Assembly: GCA_030429145.1 (NCBI GenBank)
Contig: JAUIDC010000001.1
Location: 810,001-842,000 of the forward strand
DNA: 32,000 nucleotides
Direction: 5' to 3'
Source: Candidatus Saccharimonadota bacterium
GTDB taxonomy: Bacteria; Patescibacteriota; Gracilibacteria; Absconditabacterales; Absconditicoccaceae
Shown here piece by piece: positions 8,105-17,775 of the stretch. The notes under the pieces are model-generated. The model worked only from the letters and a program-made list of their open reading frames with translations, searched no databases and was not told the origin of the DNA. The translations under genes and the position numbers were made by a program. Numbering within the stretch: the stretch's first letter is position 1; the number at the start of each line of letters is the position of its first letter.

Positions 8105-10087
8105 ATGAGGAAGTTTGCGCAGAGCCTCATAAATACGAAACTATGAAGGTTTAATTTTCGTGTATATGCTGAAGATCAAGGGAAAGAAACAGTGGTGCTT
8201 TTTACTGAAAATATTAATCCACAAAAGCCATTTCTACTAAGAGTGCATAGTGAATGTATGACAGGAGATGTTTTTCATAGTATGCAATGTGACTGTGGTG
8301 AGCAACTTGACTCTGCTATTGCAACAATACAGGAAAGTGGCAACTGAGCTATAATCTACCTCAGACAAGAGTGACGTGGTATCTGACTCTATGAAAAAAT
8401 CAGAGCATATGAGTTACAAGCAAAATGATATGACACTTTTGAGGCGAATGTAATGCTTTGACATAATCCTGATCAGAGAACATATGGGATGGTTAAAGTC
8501 GCTTTAGATGACCTTGGTGTTAAAGATGTTATCCTTCTAACAAATAACCCCTCAAAGGTATCAGAAATTGCAAAGACATGAATTAACATAACAGATAGGA
8601 GACCTCTTATTATAGAGCACAATCCAGTTAACGAAAAATATTTTACAACGAAAAAGACTAAATTTAAACATTTCTTTAGCGATGAGGTAAGTTATTATTT
8701 TTATCAATTTCATGCAGATAAAGTAGAAATAGTACATGAGATTGGCGAATTTTTGAAAAACAAAAAAACAGATCCACTATTAAAAATCTGTATAGGTGTT
8801 CAGTGTGATAGCAGAGATCTTGGAGATCAGGAGAAGACAGACAATATAATGTCTATTTTTAAGGCTTGTGATCTATACAAGTGATTTGTTCCTATCCTCC
8901 ACTTTTCTTATAAATATTCCCAAGATCAAATTTGAGATACAGAAACAATCAAAAATAAACTGCCTTTTGTAAAATACCTTCAGACTAATGACTTTATCAT
9001 TAAGAAGAATGATTTGTCTTTTATCCAATATGCGGCTGAAAATTTTCTCATAGATGTACCTTTGGATAATGAGAACTTTAACTTGGTTGAAGATGAAACT
9101 TTCAGAGAAATAATCAAAAACAATAAGGCTTTCTTGCTCTTAGATAATAGCAAATGAACAGGAGTGCAAGAAGACAAAGACGTATTGAAGGAGAAGATAA
9201 ATGCCCTTTTGAAATATGACCTCAATGATATTGCTATTTTCGGTTGATTCGGTCCAGATGATTTAAGTAATTATTTTGAGCTAAGAAGATACTTTAAAAT
9301 CAATTTTTCTATAGATGCAGAAACAAAGTTAAAAACAAATGGGCAAATCGATGTTGAAAAAATCAAAACCTATTTAACTCAACTTATTCGTTTTGATGAT
9401 CCTGTAGAAGCAGCAATTGAACAAACGAGAACTTTTCAAAATCAGAATAAAAAAGAAGACTGGGTAAATATAGACTTTCTTGGTAACTCATATGCCATAC
9501 ACCCTGCTGTTTTTAATCCAGCATACTTTCCATCTACTCGTTGGTATGCCCAGATGGTAAATAAATATGTAAGTAAGGACGCTAATTTTTGTGAGGTAGG
9601 TTCATGAGCTGGTATTATCTCATGCTATCTAGCTAAAGAAAATTCTAAACTCAAAATTCTCGCGACGGATATAAATCCTTTTGCCACAGAAAACACTTTA
9701 TATAATGCTGAAAAGAACGGCGTAGAAGATAGAATTCAAGTTGTCACTGGAGATGTATTAGATAATGTTGGTAGTATAAAATTTGATACTATCTTTTGGT
9801 CTATGCCATTTGGATTCCTTGATCCATGATTAAACGTAGACCTAGAAGAGGCACAATTCTTTGATCCAGGATATAGGGCGATCAGAAAGTTTCTAAAAGA
9901 CTGTAAAAATCACCTGCATGAAAATGGACAAATACTGATCTGATTCTCGACAGACTTGGGTAATTATGATTTGTTAAAAGATATATGCGATCAGAATAAT
10001 ATAAGACTCGAGAAGCTAGAAGAGATAGAAATGCAAGAAAAAGATGTTGTTAAATTTGAGGTGTTTAAGTGAGTTTATGAGAGATAA
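8105..10087 (+). CDS. three-domain fusion protein: GTP cyclohydrolase II / TrpF(PRAI)-like TIM barrel / class I SAM-dependent methyltransferase
   Basis: Invisible in the standard-code track. One frame is open for 660 codons from ATG 8105 to TAA 10085-10087 if 15 in-frame TGA are read as Gly. GCH II motifs: [29 protein letters not shown][G]RGI[G]L (TGA 8372-8374 and 8384-8386), ANVML[G][21 protein letters not shown]-like motifs: [14 protein letters not shown][G][15 protein letters not shown][G][30 protein letters not shown]. MTase motifs: HPAVFNP, EVGS[G]AGIIS (TGA 9605-9607), [17 protein letters not shown]. Confidence 0.8.
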
Positions 10088-10183
10088 TTCGTTCTTAGAG
10101 ACCAATAATAGATATTCAGTCAACCCTCTGGCTATGTGTGATAATTTTACATTTTTTTTGACTTTTAACTAGTATTCAAAATT

Positions 10184-10212
10184 AAAAAAATCCCCGCCAT
10201 AGGCTAAGGGAT
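10184..10212 (-). terminator. rho-independent terminator candidate
   Basis: Reverse strand reads ATCCC-TTA-GCC-TAT-GGC-G-GGGAT followed by TTTTTTT (A-run 10184-10190 on the + strand). Located 25 nt downstream of the stop of 10237..10467. Confidence 0.45.
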
Positions 10213-10236
10213 GTTCAATAGTTTTAGCATTAAGAC

Positions 10237-10467
10237 CTAAGCAAAGCCTTCAATCCAGTTTCTTACACTTATAGCATTGGTGCTATCTACAGTTGGTAAT
10301 AAATCTATACCTACATGCCCACGCGTTTCATCTGACTTGTTTAGATCTGATAGCATTGATGCAATTGCATTAGGTAGATCATTATTATCCACATATTCGA
10401 GTGCTCTTTTTTTGCACCACTCGATATGTTCTGTTCTTTCAGTCGCATTTGTTTTTTTATCTGCCAT
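10237..10467 (-). CDS. hypothetical small protein (76 aa)
   Basis: Uninterrupted ORF, ATG 10465-10467, TAG 10237-10239 (MADKKTNATERTEHIEWCKKRALEYVDNNDLPNAIASML...). It has its own promoter-like element upstream and a terminator downstream. No family recognised. Confidence 0.6.
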   Translation of the reverse strand: MADKKTNATERTEHIEWCKKRALEYVDNNDLPNAIASMLSDLNKSDETRGHVGIDLLPTVDSTNAISVRNWIEGFA

Positions 10468-10487
10468 GTTTTATGTTTTGTAGCCTT

Positions 10488-10515
10488 ATTATAAGTTATA
10501 TATTATATAAGTCAA
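10488..10515 (-). promoter_or_regulatory. sigma-70-type promoter candidate
   Basis: Reverse strand: TTGACT (10510-10515), 16-nt spacer, TATAAT (10488-10493). About 20 nt upstream of the ATG at 10467. Confidence 0.45.
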
Positions 10516-10591
10516 TATAATAGTGTCCAATAAAAAAATAGCTAATTCTATTTATTATAAGCTACTTTTTGAGGCGATGAGAGTTGCACAC

Positions 10592-11413
10592 TTAATCTTC
10601 TTCCTGCTCTCCCTCAGTCCTTTTCTTCTCCTCCTCCGTCAGCTCTTTAATCTGATCTCTTAGCTCAGCGGCTTTTTCGAACTCTCGGGCTGCGATGGCT
10701 TCGTCGAGTTGACGTTTGAGTTCTTCTGCCATGATCTCTTTTTCTTTTTTCGTGAGTCTCTTGAGTCTCTTTGTTTTCCCACGAGTGAGTGATTTGAACT
10801 CTTGTTCTAGTTCTTCATCGGTCTTCACGACTTCAAGATCTTTGATGTTGGAAATAGCCACTTTTGGTGTGATGTCATGTACTTTATTGTGTTCCATCTG
10901 TGTATGTCTTCTACGATAGGTCTCCCAAAGTGCTTTGATGACCGATTCTGTCCATCTATCGGCATAGAGTACGACCTCACTGTCTGGATTACGTGCAGCA
11001 CGTCAGATGATCTGTACGAGCGAGGTGGTTGAACGCAAAAATCACTCCTTATCAGCATCAAGGATAGCAAGGAGTGTTACCTCTGGAAGGTCGATACCTT
11101 CTCTAAGGAGATTAATACCAACAAGGATGTCGATAGCACCTGTACGGAGCTTTTTGATAATCTCCCAACGGTCAGTAGTACCAATCTCGCTATGCAGATA
11201 GAAGGCCTTATAGCCACGTGATATCAGAAATGAGGAGATTTCCTCTGATGACTTTTTTGTGAGAGTCAGCAACAAGACCTTCCCATTTTTGGCAATATGC
11301 TCGTCAATTTTCTCGAAAAGATGATCCAAAAACGCAGGCAGCTTTACTCCACTCTGCACTTCGGATACCTGAAGAAATTCTTTAAGATTGGGATATTGTT
11401 CAAATGCTGACAT
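10592..11413 (-). CDS. uvrB: UvrB C-terminal half only (helicase domain 3 plus UVR domain); N-terminal ~400 aa absent
   Basis: Fragments 10592..10897 and 11042..11446 join with the piece between them through TGA 11042-11044 (DADKE[G]FLRS) and 11003-11005 (QII[G]RAARN). Motifs: [56 protein letters not shown], C-terminal UVR motif REFEKAAELRDQIKEL. In this frame a TAA lies about 90 nt upstream of the first ATG (11411-11413), and nothing UvrB-like precedes it. Confidence 0.75.
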
Positions 11414-11423
11414 ACACGATAAT

Positions 11424-11654
11424 TTACTGATTAACACTGTTCTCAACTCCTTCTGTGATAGGCATACGAGGTTGAGGTTTCTTCTGATTTTTCGTCTGTA
11501 ACCTTACCTCACTCACAGCAAATGGTTCGTGAGGAAACTGATACCATTGCCAGAGGACAAAGAGTGTCGCAAGTATAGCAATGATCCACCCAATAGTGAG
11601 CAGATGGTGATGGTATTTTGACTTTTTTTCATTTTTGTGACTCTTTGTTGTCAT
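11424..11654 (-). CDS. small membrane protein (76 aa, one TM helix)
   Basis: Uninterrupted ORF with a basic N-terminus and the TM segment LLTIGWIIAILATLFVLWQWY. It lies between the valS stop and the uvrB fragment. No family recognised. Confidence 0.5.
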   Translation of the reverse strand: MTTKSHKNEKKSKYHHHLLTIGWIIAILATLFVLWQWYQFPHEPFAVSEVRLQTKNQKKPQPRMPITEGVENSVNQ

Positions 11655-11680
11655 CGAAAGAGAAAAGAAAGATAAAACTA

Positions 11681-14600
11681 TTATACTTTGAGTTTAGCGA
11701 TTTCCAATTTTAACTTCGTGATTTTCTGTTTCACCTCATCAAGCTTCTTTTGCTTTTCTTCCATAACATGAGACGGCGCACTCGATGTGAAACTTGGGTT
11801 GGCAATCATATTTCTGAGAGATTGCATGTAGCTTTCTTCATCAGAAAGTTGTTTCTCTAGCTGAGCAAGCATAGTCTTTTTATCCAATACTTGTATCGAC
11901 TTCAGACCAATCTTCATATCAATAACCATAGCAGTCTGGTAGTCTTCCGGCATAGCCTCCTCTTCTCCAAGATAGATAATATTTTCAGTTTTTACAAGAT
12001 CTTTTACGAGATCTTCATACGACTTCACAAAATTGTTGAAGCTGACAGTTGCTTGAATAGCGATGTCTGCATTTTCATGCGGCTTCACCTTCTGCTGTGC
12101 ACGTAGATTGCGCCACTCAGTAATCATATCCATGAGGATAGAGATCTTGAAGTCTTTTGGTACTCCTTGCATCTCTGTTGGCCAAAGTGCTGTACAGAGC
12201 ATACTATCAAAGTGCATGTGCTCCCAGAGTCTCTCTGTCACAAATGGCATATATGGATGAAGCATCTTGAGCATCGTACCAATAGCATAGAGTAAGACCT
12301 TATCGGTATAGTCTGACTTCTCACGCTTTGAAATCTCAATATACCGATCACAGAAATCTCCCCATACCATACCAACGATGCTCTCTCCAAACTGTCCAAG
12401 ATGATAATCGCTGAACATTCTCTCTGACTCCTCTATGAGCATATTTATCTTACCAAGCAACCACTTATCAAAATGATTTAACTCTTCCATGTTTTTCTCG
12501 AGATCTCCCTTGATGGCGTCCAGATCCAAACTTACATCATCGTCTCCTTCTTTAAAAATATTTGTATGCACAAATCTTACAGCATTCCATAGCTTGTTAG
12601 CAAATCTATAGTAGTAGTCTGCTTTTTGGTCACTGTAGTTAACTGTATTACCTGGTGTTGAACCGATAATGAGAGAACAGCGAAGTGCATCAGCACCAAA
12701 CTTTTCAATCACTGTCAAAGGGTCCATCACATTACCAAGAGATTTACTCATCTTGCGTCCCTTTTCATCGTTCACAATACCATGGAAGTAGACAGTATCA
12801 AATGGCATGTTCCCCATGTTGATCTCAGCCATCATCATCATCCTTGCTACCCGAGGGAAGAGGATGTCATTTGCTGTTTCTAAGAGATTATTTGGATAGT
12901 AGTTTTCAAGATCTTGCGTCTGCTCAGGCCAACCAAGTGTTGAAAATGGCCACAAACTTGAAGAAAACCATGTGTCTAATACATCTTCTTCCTGCTTAAG
13001 GATAGTATCTTTTTTGCCAGAGAGTGCTCCAAAATCAAAGCTATACTCGTCTTTGTTTTCTACGATCAAAGGCATATCAGCAAGAGCATCTACTACTTTT
13101 TCTATGTTTTTTGCATCGCCATCGAACATAGCTTTCAGTTCTTCAAGCTCAGCTTCCCATGTTTTGTCTCCAGCTCCTTTCAGCTCGTACATAGCAAGAA
13201 ATGTATCAAGAACGCTTCCTCTCTGCTCTACGATACTCTTTGAGGTTAACACATCTATCAGTTGCTCTACATTGAATGTGTCGCCGAGACGTGAATCAGC
13301 AACGAGATTGAAAATGATAAGTGTAAGAAGGATGTTTTTCTTTTGTTTATTTTTTTTGAGATAGTCGATAACAACATCCTCATCAAAAATATAGTTATTA
13401 CCCTCGATATCTTTCCATACTGGTATGCGGTGTCCCCACCAAAGTTGACGAGAGATACACCACGGTTGTACATTGTCGAGCCAGTTATGAAAGTCATGAA
13501 CAAATCTCTCTGGATAGACAGTTACTTCTTTGTTGTCGAGTGCACTGAGCACTTTTTCAGCTGGTTCTTTCACATCGACGAACCATTGACGAGAAAGTAA
13601 TGGCTGGATACGAGTGTTTGATCTTTCGCAGTATGGGATATTGTGTGTATGCTTCTCGATCTTTTCGAGGTTGCCAATCTCTTCGAGCTCCGTAATGATG
13701 TTTTCATAGACATCTTCTATCTTTCTTTTTGCATAGGTCTCTCCAGCAAGGTCAGTGAAATATCCTTTTTTGTCTATAGCAAACCTGTCCATAGGAAGGT
13801 TGCTTCTCATACCTATTTCATAGTCGACTGGATCGTGTGTTGGTGTGATCTTAAGTGCTCCCGTTCCGAAAGTCATATCTACTGCCTCATCAGTGATAAC
13901 AGGAATAGGTTTGTTGATGATAGGGATCAGCACATTTTTGCCGACAATTTTTTTGTATCTTTTGTCATGAGGACTGACAGCAACAGCTACATCTGCAAAA
14001 ATTGTCTCAGGACGAGTCGTTGCAATAGTGATGCTATCTCCTTTTCCTTGGATAAAGTATTTGATATAGTAGAGGTTCCCCTCCTCTTCTTTGTGTATTA
14101 CTTCACTGTCTGATACCACACTCTGTGTACCAACTGATCGGTTCACGATACGAGATCCCTCGTAAATTTTTCCTTGCTGATAGAGATTCGAAAAAGCCTT
14201 TCTTACAGCACGAGATAGTTTCTCAGAAAGAGTGAACTCTTCACGAGACCAGTCGAGAGATGCTCCCATCTTTTTCGTTTGCGAGATGATGGTGTTTCTT
14301 GAATTCTTCGTTCGGTTCCATACCTCATCAATAAACTTTGCGCGTCAGAGTTGTTCTCTCGTTTTTCACTCCTTATCGAGTTTTTGCTCTACTTTTACCT
14401 GAGTCGCAATGCCTGCATGATCTGTACCAGGAAGCCAAAGAGTCTTCTTCCCTTTCATGCGCTGGTAACGAGCAATGATATCCTCTACCGTCAGCATCAG
14501 TCCGTGACCGACATGTAACACTCCAGTGACATTTGGAGGTGGAAGCATCATCACGAAACGATCTTCTGGTTTTACTTTTTTTACTGCTTTCTTTTTTCCT

Positions 14601-14695
14601 TCAGTGTAGTCAGGATTGAATACTCCTGCATCTTCCCACTTCTTATACACTTCATGCTCACGGGTGTGATCATATTTTTTTGGAAACTCTTTCAT
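11681..14695 (-). CDS. valS: valine--tRNA ligase
   Basis: Track ORFs 11681..14269 and 14366..14698 are one frame, joined through TGA 14366-14368 (LDKE[G]K) and 14345-14347 (EQL[G]RAKF). Motifs: [13 protein letters not shown] (HIGH), [46 protein letters not shown]-terminal coiled coil. ATG 14693-14695. Contains an unusually long insert, described in findings. Confidence 0.95.
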
Positions 14696-14782
14696 CAACT
14701 TATACGGACTGACAAAATGTAAAACAATGCTTTATAGATATGATTTCTGATTGATTTTGCAAGCCTAACCAGTAAGAAAACT

Positions 14783-15241
14783 ATGTTACTTTGTTTTCTT
14801 CTCTTCATGCGTCAGCATTTTTCATGAGTACATAAGCTCCTAAAAATCGTTTTGCTCTTTACAAGTATCGTGATGCTCGCAGATCTCGGCGGTCATCAAG
14901 AGCTTTCTTATGGCAACGATGAAAAGATTTTTGTGATAGACTATGATGCCTGAGGTGTTGATAGGCAGATAGGACAAGTGGATCGTTATCTGAGTGAACA
15001 TACATGACAGGCAGTGTGACTTGCTATCATAGATGAGTGAGAACAAACGCTTCTACTCCCTGCGAGTAAAGACTATCAGACTGTTTCTATCTATCTGCGT
15101 TCGTTGGGTGACGGAGATGCTGTCGGTCCGGTGGATTACTCTCTTTCCGAGTGACAGTGACGCACTGTTGATCAGCATGACAATACGACAGCTGACAATA
15201 TCCTAGCTATAGTAGTTATGTTTTTAGCTCTCTTTCTTTAA
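14783..15241 (+). CDS. hypothetical secreted or membrane-anchored protein (152 aa)
   Basis: Not in the track. ATG 14783 to TAA 15239-15241 is open only if 7 in-frame TGA are Gly. Hydrophobic N-terminus (MLLCFLLFM...KLLKIVLLFTSIVML) and hydrophobic C-terminal anchor (ILAIVVMFLALFL). Abuts the next gene with a 4-nt gap. Confidence 0.45.
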
Positions 15242-15245
15242 GTAG

Positions 15246-15689
15246 ATGCAACAGGAGATCTATTTCCCTGAGTGGCCTTCTCTGACAGCTATCGAAGAAA
15301 CCTATACCGTTTCATCTTTTATGCTCGTTGCAGGTATCGTGATATTTTCACTCATCATCCTTATTGCTGTGGTATCGCTCGTTCGTATTTTCATTCGTAT
15401 CCGTAGAGTGAAGCAAGACCAGAAAAACATCTATGTTGATATGGAGCTTTTTTATAAGAAACAGATGAAGCTTCTTCATGGAAAAGCATTCTTAAGTTCT
15501 TTCTATCAGTATAGTAAACTACTAGTACAACTTGGGAGATGAAAAACACTGAAAGAGATCTGGCACAATCTTTGATTTACCGATGCGATGGTTGAGTATA
15601 TCCAACAAACGATAAATGAGGGAAAAGAGCTGGACTATGAGTTTGAAAAACGTATCAAAGAGATATTACATCAACATATTGCCTCATAA
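15246..15689 (+). CDS. hypothetical membrane protein (147 aa)
   Basis: Track ORF 15246..15542 continues through 2 TGA to TAA 15687-15689. TM helix FMLVAGIVIFSLIILIAVVSLV followed by a basic stretch. Confidence 0.55.
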
Positions 15690-15710
15690 TTTTATCTATT
15701 AGAGAGTTCT

Positions 15711-17090
15711 ATGAGAAAAGTCTATCAGTTTGTATGAGTCGCTACTATTGCTTTATTTTTTTGTATACAGTCGGCAGGCGCGTATATGTTTGGTTTTAAG
15801 TCGTGGGACAATACACCAGAAAACATAAGTTATATCGAGAAGACACATGACATTCACTTGCCGATAGTTGGATTTATTTTTGATCCATGGGATGACTGGG
15901 GTGAAGCAACTATTATTCGTGCTGTGAAGGAGCTTGGGAAAGAGAGAATCTATCATATCACGATCTCTCCAGGGATGAGAACAGCAAAGCAGGTTGCAGA
16001 TGGAGAGTTTGATGATCAATATAAGAAGTTTTTTCTGTTAGTGAAGACGCTCGATATCAACGTGATATTCAGAACGATGCATGAGATGAATGGTGGACGA
16101 TATCCGCGAGGTTCAGATCCTGAGAACTTTCAGAAAGCTTGGAGACGTGCCTGGGAGCTTTCGAGAGAGGTCGGTCTCACACAGAAGAATATCCTGTTCA
16201 ATATGTCGGTCAATGGTTGGGATATTCCAACACACGACCCATTCCCAAATCAAAAGTCGGTGCTGTTTTACTGTAAGATGAGCGATAAGGCTCGCCTGGG
16301 CTGTCCGACTTTTGAGGACTACTACCCCGGACCTGACTACGTAGATATCATGGGTATGAGCTTTTATAACCGATGAAAAGGTAATGGAAACTACCAGTGG
16401 CTCTATCCCTATGATATCATCAACAATAGTCAGTGGCGTACACTAGATAGATTGAAAGAGTACGGCAAACCTCTCTTTATTGATGAGGTTGGTACGACCA
16501 GTGTTTGGTATGATGGGCATTATAATTTTGATAGATCAAAACAGGTCTATGACACAACAGCTATTTATAAAAATGATTGGCTACGTTCACTGAGAGATTT
16601 CATGTACAATGAACCACTCATAGTAGGTGGTATCTACTTCAATATCGATTTGACGAATGGATTGTCTCGTCGAGTACACGGTGAGCAGGATCGATCAGTT
16701 ATAGACCCAATCTCAGAAAAAGTGTATGAATGAATTTTTGAAGTATTGGATAGTGCAGTAGAAAATAGAACATTAACTTCGTCACTTTGGAGATTGTTTG
16801 GAAAGGAATATATGATGCTCTTTGGTAAAAAAGTTCTTATAGAAAGCGCCTATCGTGAGAAGATAGAAGAGATGGTGAAAGCGGCAAATATCCATGCTGC
16901 AATGCCTTCGCAGAAAGCTATTGGCGCGTTGGATGCGCAGAAAGGACATATTTCTATGAAGACACATTTGAAAAAATATCAAAAAAATGAGTATCTCCAA
17001 GCGATAGAGTATGCTAAGATGTTCTTTGCAGAGCATCCGGATCCGGCTGAAACCATTGCTGAGCGTCTTCCTCAGCGTGTGAGAAAATAG
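15711..17090 (+). CDS. secreted glycoside-hydrolase-like protein (GH26/mannanase-like barrel) with C-terminal extension
   Basis: Track ORFs 15786..16376, 16452..16733 and 16746..17090 are in frame with ATG 15711 and join through 3 TGA. Signal peptide MRKVYQFV[G]VATIALFFCIQSAGA. GH26-like motifs: FRTMHEMNGGRYPRG (acid/base region) and KPLFIDEVGT (nucleophile region). The family call is by motif only. Confidence 0.55.
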
Positions 17091-17658
17091 TGTTCGTTTC
17101 ATCGCCGTTGGCACAGACGATATAGCCAGTTTTCTCTGCAGTATCGTAGATAGCAGACCAAAGATCTTCTCGATCGAGGTCTGTTTTTTTTGTATTGATA
17201 ATAAGAGGCGTAATCGACTCTATCTTATGGTAACTTCTCAGAAAAGGTAGTTGTCCTACAATTGGGTCTGCATGCTGTGCAAAAAGTTCGTTGTCTACAG
17301 TGAGATGATCAAGATTTTGAAGAAGGGAATACTCTGTAGAGAGCTCGCCAAAGTAAGCGTGTAATGACTCATAGTCACAGGTAAGAAAGGTTATATCTGT
17401 GTCCAGTTTTGCCAGAGCAATCACTACTACTCTTTCAGGCTTATAGGCTTGTAGCCGATATCTGTGTAGCGCTGCCTGCATGAGTCCAGTATCAAAATAG
17501 CTACCATATGGCATAATGATACCACTACCAAAAGGCTGTTCTTTCAGTGTCTCCTCCAAGCGATCTGCCGACAAGAAAAGCTGCAGAGTCAGCTGGTGCA
17601 ATATCTGCGGATGTGTTGGGAAGTAACGAGTTCTCGGGTAGAATATTTTTGTCTGCAT
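17014..17658 (-). CDS. MEMO1 / AmmeMemoRadiSam system protein B-like protein
   Basis: Uninterrupted 214-aa ORF with N-terminal FYP...IIMPYGSYFDTGLMQAAL. This resembles the Memo motif PHAGYxYSG, but with the His replaced. Its last 77 nt overlap the convergent gene 15711..17090. Confidence 0.45.
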   Translation of the reverse strand: MQTKIFYPRTRYFPTHPQILHQLTLQLFLSADRLEETLKEQPFGSGIIMPYGSYFDTGLMQAALHRYRLQAYKPERVVVIALAKLDTDITFLTCDYESLHAYFGELSTEYSLLQNLDHLTVDNELFAQHADPIVGQLPFLRSYHKIESITPLIINTKKTDLDREDLWSAIYDTAEKTGYIVCANGDETNTIFSHAEEDAQQWFQPDPDALQRTS

Positions 17659-17721
17659 GAGTATCTTTTAGTGAAAAGAATACCTGTTGGCAAATGAAAG
17701 TGAGAAAACGACGTTTATGCT

Positions 17722-17749
17722 TGACAGTCTTTGTCTAATACTTATACTG
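17722..17749 (+). promoter_or_regulatory. sigma-70-type promoter candidate
   Basis: TGC-TTGACA (17722-17727), 16-nt spacer, TATACT (17744-17749). About 27 nt upstream of ATG 17776. Confidence 0.5.
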
Positions 17750-17775
17750 ACTGCTCAACAAAAACACATCAGCAT

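Noticed and set aside
7997-10236. An apparent 2.2-kb ORF desert in the standard-code track, which could be read as non-coding DNA, a decayed pseudogene or an RNA locus.
   Set aside because: A single frame is open for 660 codons once TGA is read as Gly, and it encodes three recognisable enzyme domains with conserved catalytic motifs. It is coding.
17014-17090. A 77-nt overlap of the convergent GH26-like and Memo-like genes, considered as a sign of a wrong gene model or an antisense regulatory arrangement.
   Set aside because: Both ends are fixed by the first TAA or TAG in frame under table 25. The overlapping tails are unconserved-looking extensions, so I have no evidence for anything beyond late stop codons in a compact genome.
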